Of a stretch of DNA of 64,000 bases, positions 30,606 to 40,186 are shown piece after piece. Numbering within the stretch: the stretch's first letter is position 1; each line of letters begins with the position of its first letter. The stretch is from assembly GCA_964202905.1 (NCBI GenBank), contig CAXNJO010000002.1, positions 384,001-448,000 on the forward strand, read 5' to 3'. Source of the stretch: Polyangiales bacterium. Its GTDB lineage: Bacteria; Myxococcota_A; Polyangia; Polyangiales; JADJQN01. Position numbers and translations under genes: made by a program. A model generated the notes under the pieces. It saw only the letters and a list, made by a program, of their open reading frames with translations, searched no databases and had not been told where the DNA came from.

Positions 30606-32465
30606 TCAAGGACTTTCCGGAGTCCACGCGAGCACGATGCCGGCCTCGTCGTCGCGCGTGCCCTCCCCCGCCGACGGGTAGAGACACAAGCCCGCGGCGC
30701 CGAAGGAAGGGTCGACGCGCAGGCGGAGCGCGTGCGTCGTGCCGCGCCCCGCGAAGGCGCGCGAGAGCAGCGCGCGATCGCCGACGCCCAGCGTGAGCCA
30801 GGCGCCGCGGCCATCGTCGGGCGGCGCGTCCAGCGTGCCGAGCACCACGCCGTCGATCGCGACCTCGACGCGCGCGCCATCGCTCGGTCGCGCGCCGACC
30901 CCGGCGCCGGGCAGCTCCGACGAGGCGCGCAGGCCGATCGTCAGCCCGGCGGGCACGCGCTGTCCGCGCGGGGCGCGGAAGCGATAGACGACTTCCCCGC
31001 CCCCGGCTCCCCACGCGTGCGGCGCGGGCGGCTCGCGCCAGACGCCGACGGCCTCGAAGCGTGCGTACGCGGGCGCGAGCGGGTCGATGGCGAGCACGCG
31101 CTCCCCCGTCCCGCCCGCGCGCCAATCGCGCCACGGCGCCGCCCTCACGCGCGCCGTGTGGTCGAGCGGCACGAGCGGCCGCTCACCAAGCGCCTCGCCG
31201 AGCCGCGGATTGCGCGCTTGGGGCGGCGACCGCGACCAGCGCGCGGCCTCCCGCGCGAGCACGCGTCGCACCGCGCGCGTCGCCGGATCGCCTGGCACGT
31301 CGGGCGCGATGGCGTGCTCCGCCGCACGTGGGTCGTGCGGCGCGTAGTGCCAGACCAGCGCGCCCGCGACGCCGTCGCGCCGGCACTGCGCGAGGAACGC
31401 CTCGAACCACGCCGCGCGGGTGCCGCCGAGGAGCGCGCGTCGCCCCCCGCCGAAGCCGAGCTCCCCCCACACGAGCGGCTTGTGCGCGACGTGGTGGGCG
31501 AGCTGCGCGCGGTCGTCGACGAAGCGCGCGAGCGCCGCGCGCGTGCGCACGCCGCCCGAGCGGAGCGGGTAGGCGTGCGCGTCGGCGTAGTCGATCTCCG
31601 GCAGGCGCTGCACCGCGAGCCAGGTGTCCCGATCGCTGCGGCGCGCGTAGCCGAGGTGCCCGGCCGCGACGAGGTGGTGCGGGTCGAGCGAGCGCACGTG
31701 GCGCGCGGCATCGCCGACCCAGCGCAGAAGCGCAGCCCGGTCGCGCGGGTGCGCCGTGAGCTCGTTCGCGAGCTCCCACGCGAAGATCGTCGGGTCGTCG
31801 CGGTAGGCAACGCCTGTGAGGGTGTTGACGCGACCGACGACCCGCGTGGCGTGCGCCCGGTAGCGCGCTGCGCAGGGCGCGCAGTCGTAGAAGGCGCCGA
31901 GCTCGAGCTCCGTGGGCTCACGGCGCGCGTCGTCGGCCGGCAGCAGGCCCGCCTCGCGGAGGTAGCGCGGGAGGCCGCCGTAGTCCGCCCAGCGGTTCGC
32001 GAGCACGACGATGACGCGCAAGCCCCGCTCGGCCGCGGCCGCGAGGACCCGATCGAGGTGCACGAAGGACGACTCGACCCACGCGTCGTCGCCGACGCGG
32101 AAGGCGTAGTCGCGTGCCCAGTCCGGGGCCCCCGCGGCGGCCTCCCCGAGCGCCCAGACGCGCACGACGCCGAGACCGTCCGCGCGCACGGCGTCGAGCA
32201 CATCGGTGAGCGCGGCGCGGTGCGCCGGGCCGTGCATCACCGCGACGTTCGCGCCGACGAAGCGGAGGGGTCGCCCCGCGACGACGAAGCGCGTCCCCTC
32301 GACGCGGACGAAGCGGTCCGCGTCCGCCGTGGCCGGGGGCGTCTCCCACGCATGCGCCGGGGACGAGAGCAGCGCGAGCGCGAGCACGGCGATCGCGCAC
32401 GGCGCGGTGACGCGCGGCGCCCCGCGCTGCGACGCGAACGCCCGATGCTGCGGTGCGCGCGACAC
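30606..32465 (-). CDS. Secreted glycoside hydrolase family 5 (endo-beta-mannanase-like) with C-terminal extra domain
   Basis: FVRVEGTRF...G.P.RFVGAN, RVWA, L.N.W.DYGG, Y.DDPTIFAWELANE (acid/base), KPLVWGELG (nucleophile); start approximate. Confidence 0.85.
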   Translation of the reverse strand: MSRAPQHRAFASQRGAPRVTAPCAIAVLALALLSSPAHAWETPPATADADRFVRVEGTRFVVAGRPLRFVGANVAVMHGPAHRAALTDVLDAVRADGLGVVRVWALGEAAAGAPDWARDYAFRVGDDAWVESSFVHLDRVLAAAAERGLRVIVVLANRWADYGGLPRYLREAGLLPADDARREPTELELGAFYDCAPCAARYRAHATRVVGRVNTLTGVAYRDDPTIFAWELANELTAHPRDRAALLRWVGDAARHVRSLDPHHLVAAGHLGYARRSDRDTWLAVQRLPEIDYADAHAYPLRSGGVRTRAALARFVDDRAQLAHHVAHKPLVWGELGFGGGRRALLGGTRAAWFEAFLAQCRRDGVAGALVWHYAPHDPRAAEHAIAPDVPGDPATRAVRRVLAREAARWSRSPPQARNPRLGEALGERPLVPLDHTARVRAAPWRDWRAGGTGERVLAIDPLAPAYARFEAVGVWREPPAPHAWGAGGGEVVYRFRAPRGQRVPAGLTIGLRASSELPGAGVGARPSDGARVEVAIDGVVLGTLDAPPDDGRGAWLTLGVGDRALLSRAFAGRGTTHALRLRVDPSFGAAGLCLYPSAGEGTRDDEAGIVLAWTPESP

Positions 32466-32619
32466 GTGCTCGGGGCGGATCGTGACAGGCGGGCGCGGCG
32501 CGGGCACCCCCCAGGGCGCGCGGCGCGGCCCCCGCACGAGCGACCCGCTGAACGCCCGTACCCGAAAACTTGGACGGGGCGCGGAGGCCGGATAGGAGGG
32601 ACGGCTGGAGGCCTGGCGA

Positions 32620-35172
32620 ATGAGCAGCAGCAGCGGAGGCGAGGTGCGCAGTCTCTTCGTGCAGGCGCGGGAGGCCGCGCGGGCGCGGAAGCAATCGCTC
32701 GGCACGGGCCACCTGTTGCTCGCGCTCCTGCAATCGGCGGGCGAGGCCGGCGACGTGCTCTCGCAGCAGGGCGTGAGCGAGGGCGCGCTGCTCAGCGCGC
32801 TGAAGGTCGTCGGCGAAGAGGCGGGCACCGCCCTCGACATCGCGTTCGAGCGCGCCACGAAGCTCGCGGGGACGCTCGGCTCGGACGCGCCGCATCCGCT
32901 GCACCTCCTGCTCACGCTCGCGATCGATCCCCGCAGCGCCGCGCACCGCTGCCTCGAGCAGTCCGGCGTCGGCGCCGCGCGCGTGCATGCGGAGGTGTGC
33001 GCCCGCATCGGCATCGTCCCGGGCCGCGAGGACACGTCGAGCGGGCTCGCGACCGAGCGCGGCGCCGTGCGCCCCATGACGCTGCGTCCGCCCCCCTCGC
33101 CGACCCCGCTGCCGACGAGCGGCGTACCGCACGCGGGCGCGACGCCCCCGGGCTCGGCGAGCGATCCGCTCGGCGCACGGCGCGCGACGCGGAGCGGCCC
33201 GCCGATCACGCCCGCGCGCACGACGGCGCGCGTCGGCACGACGCACCGCCCGCCTTCCGCGCGCCCCGGACCGTCCTCGTGGACCGCGCGCCCCGCGACG
33301 CCGACCGCGCAGCCCGCCCCGCAGGGCGCGCCTGCGCAGACGCCGGGCACGTCGCGCTTCGCCCTCGACGAGCGCACCTTCCCCACGCTCGTCGCGCTGT
33401 CGCGCAACCTGACGCAGCTCGCCGAGGCGGGCGCGATCGACCCGGTGATCGGGCGCGACGCGGAGATCGAGAAGCTCCTCGACATCCTCGCGCGGCGGCG
33501 CTCGAACAACCCGATCCTCGTCGGGCCCCCGGGTGTCGGCAAGACGGCCGTGGTCGAGGGCCTCGCGCTGCGGCTCGTCGCGGGCGCGAGCGGCCTGCCG
33601 GAAGACCGCATCCTCCTCGAGATCTCCGCGGGTTCGCTCGTGTCCGGGACCGGCGTGCGCGGCGCCCTCGCCGAGCGGCTCGCGCGGCTCCGCGCCGAGG
33701 TCGCGCGCGCGGAGGGGCGCGTGCTGCTCTTCCTCGACGAGATCCACGCGATCGTCGGCGGCGACGCGGGCGGCCCCGACGACCTCGCGAGCGAGCTGAA
33801 GGCCGCGCTCGCGCGGGGCGAGCTGCCGTGCATCGGCGCGACCACGGACGCCGAGTACCGCAAGCACTTCGAGCGCGATCCCGCGCTCGCGCGGCGCTTC
33901 TCGCGGCTCGAGGTCGGCGAGCCCGCGCCCGAGGACTGCGTGCGCATCCTCCGCGGCCTCGCGCCGCGCTACGAGCAGCATCACGGCGTGGCGTTCACCC
34001 CCGAGGCGATCGAGCAGGCGGTGACGCTCTCGATCCGTTTCCTCCCCGAGCGGCAGCTCCCCGACAAGGCGCTCGGGCTGCTCGATCTCGCGGCCGCGCG
34101 CGCGCGGCGTCGCGGCGTGCGCGTCGTCGATCTCGAGGCCGTCGCGCAGGTGATCAGCGAGCAGGCGCGCGTGCCGCTCGAGCGGCTGATGCTGCGCGAT
34201 CGCGAGCGGCTCCTCGGGCTCGAGTCGCTCGTCGCCGAGCGCGTCGTCGGGCAGCGCGCGGCCATCGCGCGCATCGCGGACGCGCTGCGCAAGGGCGCGG
34301 CGGGCTTCCGCGGGCGGCGTCCGCTCGGCACCTTCCTGCTGCTCGGCCCGACGGGCGTCGGCAAGACGGAGACGGCGCGCGCGATCAGCGAGGTGCTCTT
34401 CGCGGCGAGCGACTTCACGCGCCTCGACATGAGCGAGTACGCCGAGCCCCACGCGATCGCGCGGCTCCTCGGCGCGCCTCCCGGCTACCTCGGGCACGAC
34501 GAGGGCGGTCAGCTCACCGAGGCCGTACGGCGCCGGCCGTATCAGCTCGTGCTCCTCGACGAGATCGAGAAGGCGCACCCCGAGGTGCTGCTCGCGCTGC
34601 TGCCGCTGCTCGACGAGGGCCGCATGACCGACGGTCGCGGGCGCACCGTCGACTTCACGAACACCGTCGTCGTGATGACCTCGAACCTCGGCGTCGCGGC
34701 GTCGCGCGAGCGTCCCTCGCGCGCGATCGGCTTCGGCGGCGTCGATGGGCGGCCGCAAGCGCCGCCCGATCAGGGCGAGCAGGCCCTCGCCGCGGCACGC
34801 CGCGCGCTGCCCCCCGAGCTCTGGAACCGCATCGACGAGCCGCTCTGGTTCGGGCCGCTCGGCGCCGCCGAGGTCGAGGCGATCGCGGCGCGGATGCTCG
34901 CGCAGGTCGCGGCGGTGCTCGCCGCGGAGCACCGCGTGACGCTCGTCGTCGAGCCCGCTGCGCTCGGCGCGCTCGCGGCCGCAGGCGGCTTCGACCCGGA
35001 GCTCGGCGCGCGCCCGATGCGCCGCACGGTGGGCCGGCTCGTGGAGTCGCCGCTCGCGGAGCTCGTGCTCTCCGGGCGCGCGCTGCCGGGCGACGTGCTG
35101 GTGCTCTCCGGCGAAGGCGCCGAGGTCCGCATCCGGCCCCGCGGCGCGGCCCGCGCGGACGCTGCCGAGTAG
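32620..35172 (+). CDS. ATP-dependent Clp protease ATP-binding subunit (ClpA/ClpC type)
   Basis: Clp-N repeats, GPPGVGKT..VEGLA, FLDEIH, LPDKA, GPTGVGKTE, DMSEY, LLDEIEKAH, IGF loop, GARP.RR. Confidence 0.93.
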   Translation: MSSSSGGEVRSLFVQAREAARARKQSLGTGHLLLALLQSAGEAGDVLSQQGVSEGALLSALKVVGEEAGTALDIAFERATKLAGTLGSDAPHPLHLLLTLAIDPRSAAHRCLEQSGVGAARVHAEVCARIGIVPGREDTSSGLATERGAVRPMTLRPPPSPTPLPTSGVPHAGATPPGSASDPLGARRATRSGPPITPARTTARVGTTHRPPSARPGPSSWTARPATPTAQPAPQGAPAQTPGTSRFALDERTFPTLVALSRNLTQLAEAGAIDPVIGRDAEIEKLLDILARRRSNNPILVGPPGVGKTAVVEGLALRLVAGASGLPEDRILLEISAGSLVSGTGVRGALAERLARLRAEVARAEGRVLLFLDEIHAIVGGDAGGPDDLASELKAALARGELPCIGATTDAEYRKHFERDPALARRFSRLEVGEPAPEDCVRILRGLAPRYEQHHGVAFTPEAIEQAVTLSIRFLPERQLPDKALGLLDLAAARARRRGVRVVDLEAVAQVISEQARVPLERLMLRDRERLLGLESLVAERVVGQRAAIARIADALRKGAAGFRGRRPLGTFLLLGPTGVGKTETARAISEVLFAASDFTRLDMSEYAEPHAIARLLGAPPGYLGHDEGGQLTEAVRRRPYQLVLLDEIEKAHPEVLLALLPLLDEGRMTDGRGRTVDFTNTVVVMTSNLGVAASRERPSRAIGFGGVDGRPQAPPDQGEQALAAARRALPPELWNRIDEPLWFGPLGAAEVEAIAARMLAQVAAVLAAEHRVTLVVEPAALGALAAAGGFDPELGARPMRRTVGRLVESPLAELVLSGRALPGDVLVLSGEGAEVRIRPRGAARADAAE

Positions 35173-35186
35173 CGCGCGCGCGTGCC

Positions 35187-35657
35187 ATGCTCGGCGCCGT
35201 GACGACCGCCGACGCCCCGCCCTCCCCCGCGCCGAACGGCGAGCAGACCCTCTTCGAAGGCCACCCCGCCGCGTGCGCGAGCATCGGCCAATGGGTACTC
35301 GTCGTGCTGACGCTCGGCCTCGCGTACCTGTACTTCCTCTTCCGCGCGCGCGGGACCCGCTACAAGGTCACGACGCAGCGCGTGGTGGTCGAGACGGGTC
35401 TGCTCTCGAAGCGCATGGACCAGATCGACATCTACCGCATCAACGACTTCGTCGTGGAGCGGCCCTTCGGCCAGCGCCTCGCGGGCACGGGCAACCTGAT
35501 CCTGACGGCGATGGATCGCTCGACGCCGGACGTCCGTCTCGAGGGCCTCGCGACCGACGTCGTCGCGCTCTACGAGCGGCTGCGCACGGCGACCGAGGAG
35601 GCCAAGCGCGCGCGCGGCGTGCGGGTGCTCGACAACGAGGTCCAGCCGCTCCGCTGA
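35187..35657 (+). CDS. Bacterial PH-domain (bPH_2) membrane protein
   Basis: TM segment then Y.VT..RV.VETG.LS.....I...RI.D..V......RL.G.G.L. Confidence 0.8.
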   Translation: MLGAVTTADAPPSPAPNGEQTLFEGHPAACASIGQWVLVVLTLGLAYLYFLFRARGTRYKVTTQRVVVETGLLSKRMDQIDIYRINDFVVERPFGQRLAGTGNLILTAMDRSTPDVRLEGLATDVVALYERLRTATEEAKRARGVRVLDNEVQPLR

Positions 35658-35727
35658 CGGCGACGCGCTCGCTCCCCGGCCGCTTGGCCGTGCGCTATGG
35701 TCCGGCCCCCGCACGGAGGCTCTCGAC

Positions 35728-36504
35728 ATGCACGGCACCCCGCAGATCCAACTCGAAGGCAAGGTCGCGATCGTCACCGGTGCGAGCCGCGGGATCGGCG
35801 AGGCCATCGCGCGCTCGTTCGCCCGGCACGGCGCGAAGGTCGTGCTCGCGTCGCGCAAGCTCGACGGGCTCGAGCGCGTCGCGCGCGAGATCGAGGCCGA
35901 GGGCGGCGAGGCGCTCGCGGTCGCGGCGCACACGGGCCACGAGGGGCAGGTCGCCGAGCTCGTCGCGCGCTCGGTCGCGCACTTCGGCAAGGTCGACGTG
36001 CTCGTGAACAACGCCGCGACGAACCCGTATTTCGGCCCGATGATGAACGTCGACGCGGCCGCGTGGGACAAGACCTTCGAGGTCAACGTGAAGGGCTACT
36101 TCGCCGCGACGCGCGAGGTCGTGCGCCACCTCTACGCCCGCAACGCGCCCGGCGCGATCGTGAACGTCGCGAGCGTCGCGGGCCTGATGGGCTCGCCGCT
36201 GCAGGGCGTCTACGGCATGACGAAGGCCGCCGTCATCTCGATGACGCGCACGCTCGCGATGGAGCTCGGCACCGCGGGCATCCGCGTCAACGCGATCGCG
36301 CCTGGCCTCGTCGAGACCAAGTTCGCGAGCGCGCTCACGCAGAACGACGCGGTGCTCGCGCAGGTGATGGAGCGCACCGCGCTCAAGCGTCTCGGCCAGC
36401 CCGAGGACATCAGCGGCGCCGCGCTCTACCTCGCGAGCGACGCGTCCTCGTTCATGACCGGCCACGTCCTCACGATCGACGCGGGCTGGACGATCGGCAT
36501 CTGA
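35728..36504 (+). CDS. Short-chain dehydrogenase/reductase
   Basis: TGASRGIG, NNAA, YGMTK (YxxxK), IRVNAIAPG. Confidence 0.95.
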   Translation: MHGTPQIQLEGKVAIVTGASRGIGEAIARSFARHGAKVVLASRKLDGLERVAREIEAEGGEALAVAAHTGHEGQVAELVARSVAHFGKVDVLVNNAATNPYFGPMMNVDAAAWDKTFEVNVKGYFAATREVVRHLYARNAPGAIVNVASVAGLMGSPLQGVYGMTKAAVISMTRTLAMELGTAGIRVNAIAPGLVETKFASALTQNDAVLAQVMERTALKRLGQPEDISGAALYLASDASSFMTGHVLTIDAGWTIGI

Positions 36505-36527
36505 GCCCCGCCCCCGAGCGCGCGATC

Positions 36528-38132
36528 ATGCCCGACGCCCCGCGCGACCCCGCGTCCGCACCCGCCGCGAGCCCCGCGCCGCTGCCGCGACGCTTCGGCC
36601 CGTACCTGCTCTTCGACCGCATCGGTCGCGGCGGCATGGCGGAGATCTTCCTCGCGCGCGCGGCGACGGGGCTCGGCGCGGCGCGCCTCGTCGTCGTCAA
36701 ACAGATCCTGCCGGAGCTCACGGGCGACGAGCGCTTCGCGCGGATGCTCATCGCCGAGGCGAAGCTCGCGGCGCGGCTGCGGCACGCGAACGTCGTGCAG
36801 GTCTACGACCTCGGCCGCGAAGATGAACGGCTGTTCATCGCGATGGAGTACGTCGAGGGCAGCGACCTCAACGCGCTGCTCCGGCAGCTCTCGCGCAGCA
36901 AGACCCCGCTGCCGCTCGAGTTCGCGCTCTTCGTGGTGCGCGAGGTGCTTGCCGCGCTCTCTTATGCGCACCGCGCGCGCGACGACGCGGGCGCGCCCTT
37001 GTCGCTCGTGCACCGCGACGTCTCGCCGTCGAACGTGCTCGTATCCTTCGAGGGAGAGGTGAAGCTCTGCGACTTCGGCATCGCGCGGGCGCTCGCGCTC
37101 TCGCCCGAGCCCACGTTGCCCGCCCCCGATCCCGGCGCCGCGGAGGCCCCGCGCGAGACGTCGCGCGTCGTCGGCAAGAGCGCGTACATGGCCCCCGAAC
37201 AGGCCCGCGGCGCGGCCATCGACGCACGCGCGGACGTCTTCGCGGCGGGCATCCTGCTCTGGGAATTGTGCGCCGGGCGCCGCCTCTACCGGGGCACCGA
37301 AGCGGGGATGCTCGCGCTCGCGCGCGCCGCGGACGTGCCCCCGCTGCCCGATCGCGGCCTGCCCGAACACGCGCGGTTGCAGGCGCTCCTCGCGCGTGCG
37401 CTCGACCCGTCCCCCGACGCGCGCTTCGCGAGCGCCGCCGACTTCCAGCGCGCGCTCGACGCCTACGCGAGCGACACGCGGCTCATCGCCTCGCCGCTGC
37501 GTTTCGGCGCGTTTCTCGCCGACCACTTCGGCGCGGCGCTCATCGCGGCACGGCGCGCCCGCGAGCGGGGCGCCCTCGCGCTCGAGTTGGGCCCGCCCGC
37601 GGTGCTCGAGCCGATCGCAGCGGCGATCCCTCCCGATCCCTCGTCGGCCGCGCGCGGCGCAGCGCAGACCGACGCGCCGCCCCGCGCCGAGGCGACCGCG
37701 CCTGGTGCAGCGCAGACCGATCCGCGCGCGGCGACGGACGACACGGAGAAGGCCAGCGCGAAGAAGACCCCAGCGAAGAAGAAGCGAGGCACGGAGAAGG
37801 CCGGCGCGACGAAGCCCAAAGCCCCGGAGAAGGCCGGCACGACGACGCAGAACGGCGCGGACAAGGCCGGCGGGACGAAGGCCGGCGCGACGAAGCCGAA
37901 AGGCGCAGAGAAGGCCGACCCGCGCAGCGCAGCGCGGCGCACGCCGAAGACGACGGCGCCGGCGGCGGGGGCCGTGGTGCGCGGGGCGCGCCCGGCACTG
38001 AGCGCGGAGAGCGACGCGCGCGTGGCGCCCGCTGCGCGCATGTCGCGCGCATGGCTCGCGGTCGCCGGGGTCATCCTCGCGGGCGTCGTGCTCGGGGCGG
38101 CGTGGCTCGCGGGGTGGCTCGACGGGCGCTGA
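36528..38132 (+). CDS. Ser/Thr protein kinase with Lys-rich linker and C-terminal TM helix
   Basis: GRGGMAEIF, VVKQ, HRDVSPSN, DFGIA, YMAPE, DVFAAG. Confidence 0.92.
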   Translation: MPDAPRDPASAPAASPAPLPRRFGPYLLFDRIGRGGMAEIFLARAATGLGAARLVVVKQILPELTGDERFARMLIAEAKLAARLRHANVVQVYDLGREDERLFIAMEYVEGSDLNALLRQLSRSKTPLPLEFALFVVREVLAALSYAHRARDDAGAPLSLVHRDVSPSNVLVSFEGEVKLCDFGIARALALSPEPTLPAPDPGAAEAPRETSRVVGKSAYMAPEQARGAAIDARADVFAAGILLWELCAGRRLYRGTEAGMLALARAADVPPLPDRGLPEHARLQALLARALDPSPDARFASAADFQRALDAYASDTRLIASPLRFGAFLADHFGAALIAARRARERGALALELGPPAVLEPIAAAIPPDPSSAARGAAQTDAPPRAEATAPGAAQTDPRAATDDTEKASAKKTPAKKKRGTEKAGATKPKAPEKAGTTTQNGADKAGGTKAGATKPKGAEKADPRSAARRTPKTTAPAAGAVVRGARPALSAESDARVAPAARMSRAWLAVAGVILAGVVLGAAWLAGWLDGR

Positions 38133-38982
38133 CCGCCGCGCGCGGCGCGGGCGTCGGTCGCTGCGCGAGCGCGCGGGCGAGATCCGCAGCGGGGGCATCC
38201 CCCAGCCCCGCACGCACGGCGAGCGCGAGCACCGCCGGCGCGACGGCGTCGTAGAGGCGCAAGGTGTCGGGCGCGACGTGGGCGAGCGCACCGCGGTGCG
38301 CGGACACGGCGGCCACGTCCCCGCGCACGAAGGGACCCGCGAAAAGCGGTCGGCGAGCCAGGCGCGTCGTGGTTGCGCCACGCTGCCGCGCAGCTCCGCA
38401 GCGCCGACGCGCGGCGACGGGCAGGACGCGCGAGCGCTGCCGGAGCCCGCCGCGCGCGTCGCGGTCTGACGCGTCCGCGACCGCGCCCGCGAGCAGCGCG
38501 GCCGCCGCGTGGTAGGCGGGGCCGTGCGCGGGGGTGACGAGCGCGCGCGCACCGAGCGCTGCGGCGAGGCGCTTCGCCGCGACGACGGCCCGCCGATCGC
38601 CGGCGATGACGCACGTCGACCCGGCGAGCGCACCGGCGCGCTGTCGCGACGCGAACGCGACGAGCGGGTGCAGCACGCCGACCGCGACGCCGCCGTCGAC
38701 GTGCGCGCGGAGGATCTCCGACCCGAGGCGCCCCGCGCAATGCAGCAGCACCGCGCCGCGCGGCAGCTGCGGCGCGAGACGCGCGGCGACCGCGGCGATC
38801 GCCGGATCCGGCACGGCGAGGAGGACGACGCGCGCGTCACCGAGCGCGGGCGCCCGCCGCGCACGGCCCGCGACGAGCCGCACGGGGACGCCCGCCTGCG
38901 CGAGCGACGCCGCGAGCGCGCGACCGAGACGGCCCCGACCGACGACGCACGTCGGTCCCACCGTCACGCGATCACGCGCCAT
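38071..38982 (-). CDS. Rossmann-like/DUF2520 protein (PanG-like oxidoreductase)
   Basis: VVGRGRLG, LAVPD..I, LHCAG, LHPL..F, YHAAA, GP..RGD...V..H; 38350-38470 looks locally off-frame. Confidence 0.8.
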   Translation of the reverse strand: MARDRVTVGPTCVVGRGRLGRALAASLAQAGVPVRLVAGRARRAPALGDARVVLLAVPDPAIAAVAARLAPQLPRGAVLLHCAGRLGSEILRAHVDGGVAVGVLHPLVAFASRQRAGALAGSTCVIAGDRRAVVAAKRLAAALGARALVTPAHGPAYHAAAALLAGAVADASDRDARGGLRQRSRVLPVAARRRCGAARQRGATTTRLARRPLFAGPFVRGDVAAVSAHRGALAHVAPDTLRLYDAVAPAVLALAVRAGLGDAPAADLARALAQRPTPAPRAAVSARRATPRATPPRARRPRG

Positions 38983-39571
38983 CCCGCTCGTCGCGGTAGA
39001 GCCCGTGCGCGCGCACGTAGGCCACGACCGAGTGCGGCACGAGGCCCGACACGTCCTCGCCGGCGCGGAGCCGACGCCGCACCTCCGTGCTGCTGATCGG
39101 CGGCAACGCGTACTGCCCGCCGAGCCCGCCCCCCGCGTGCCCGCCGCGGCCGACGACGAGCGGCGGCGCGAGCGCGGCGATGCGGTCGAACGCGTGCCAC
39201 TTGCCGGTCTCGGCGAGCAGGTCGGAGCCGATGACGAGGCGCAGCGGCGTGGCCGGCATCCGGCTGCGCAGCGCCTCGAGCGTCCGCACCGTCCAGCTCT
39301 CGCCGCCGAGCTCCGCCTCGATGCGCGACACCTCGGCCCGCCGCAACTCGGAGAAGGCCAGCTCGCACATGCGCACCCGGTGCTCGTAGGGGGCCATCGC
39401 CTTCTGAAAGGGGTGCCTGTACGTCGGGACGACGAGGAGTCGCGCGAGCGGGACCGAGCCGAGCGTCCAGGCCGCGGCGAGGAGGTGCGCGATGTGCGGC
39501 GGGTTGAAGCTGCCCCCGTACACCGCGAGGGCCGCGCCGCCCTCGTCGCCGTCGTCCGGCGCGCCGATCAA
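38972..39571 (-). CDS. nadD: Nicotinate-nucleotide adenylyltransferase
   Basis: YGGSFNPPHIAH, HPF.K, T..TL, IGSD, ISSTEVR, V..Y....GLY. Confidence 0.93.
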   Translation of the reverse strand: MIGAPDDGDEGGAALAVYGGSFNPPHIAHLLAAAWTLGSVPLARLLVVPTYRHPFQKAMAPYEHRVRMCELAFSELRRAEVSRIEAELGGESWTVRTLEALRSRMPATPLRLVIGSDLLAETGKWHAFDRIAALAPPLVVGRGGHAGGGLGGQYALPPISSTEVRRRLRAGEDVSGLVPHSVVAYVRAHGLYRDERDGA

Positions 39572-40173
39572 GGCGCCACCACGACCTTGCCCGTGCGGCG
39601 CTCGAGCACCTCGCGGAAGAGCGGCGCACCCGAGGGGTCGTAGAGCGAGACCGCGATGCGCCCATCGTCCTCGAGGTCGACGACGCCGATCCGCCCCGCG
39701 CGCATCGGCCCTGGCGTGAAGAAGTAGCGATGGCCGAAGCGCTTGAGATCCGACGCGGGGGACTTCCCGTAGACGACGAGGTTCGCGTTCGCGATGTCGT
39801 CCTCGTCGAGGTGCGCCTTGTCGTGCACGAGCAGCACGATGCGGTCTCCGAGCATCTCGACTGCACGCGCGGGCGGGGGCGGCAGGCGACGCACGGCGCC
39901 GAGTCGCTGCACCGCCGCGTCCGCCGTCAGCAGCCGCTCGAGGACCGGCGCCGAGCCGCGCGGCGCGAGCTCCGCGACACGATCGAGGAAGGCCGACTCG
40001 CTCGCAGCGCCGCCGAAGAGCTCTTCGGCCCAGGCCGCGAGCACGCGCTCGACCGCGTCGTCGGCGCCGAGATAGATGGCCTGATCGACGGCCGCATCCC
40101 CGACGAGGAACTCCACCGACTCGCGCAGCGCGCCGAGCTCACCCTCCGCGGGTCCGAGGAGTCCGAGACGCAC
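39568..40173 (-). CDS. Hypothetical protein with degenerate calcineurin-like phosphoesterase (YfcE/Vps29-like) fold
   Basis: MRLGLLG..., AIYLG.D, IVLLVHD, LVVYGKS, YFFTPGP, IGVVDL are collinear with YfcE motifs but most metal ligands are absent. Confidence 0.55.
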   Translation of the reverse strand: MRLGLLGPAEGELGALRESVEFLVGDAAVDQAIYLGADDAVERVLAAWAEELFGGAASESAFLDRVAELAPRGSAPVLERLLTADAAVQRLGAVRRLPPPPARAVEMLGDRIVLLVHDKAHLDEDDIANANLVVYGKSPASDLKRFGHRYFFTPGPMRAGRIGVVDLEDDGRIAVSLYDPSGAPLFREVLERRTGKVVVAP

Positions 40174-40186
40174 GCGCCGCCCCGTC

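Noticed and set aside
32620..35172. ClpV/TssH of a type VI secretion system
   Set aside because: IGF loop present and no other T6SS genes in the window
29814..35186. 1947-aa ORF and other very long Arg/Ala-rich ORFs (e.g. 40211..44917, 46317..51602, 21373..24648)
   Set aside because: Shadow ORFs caused by stop-codon scarcity at very high GC; they overlap well-supported genes. Only the last 156 aa of the 1947-aa ORF is a real gene
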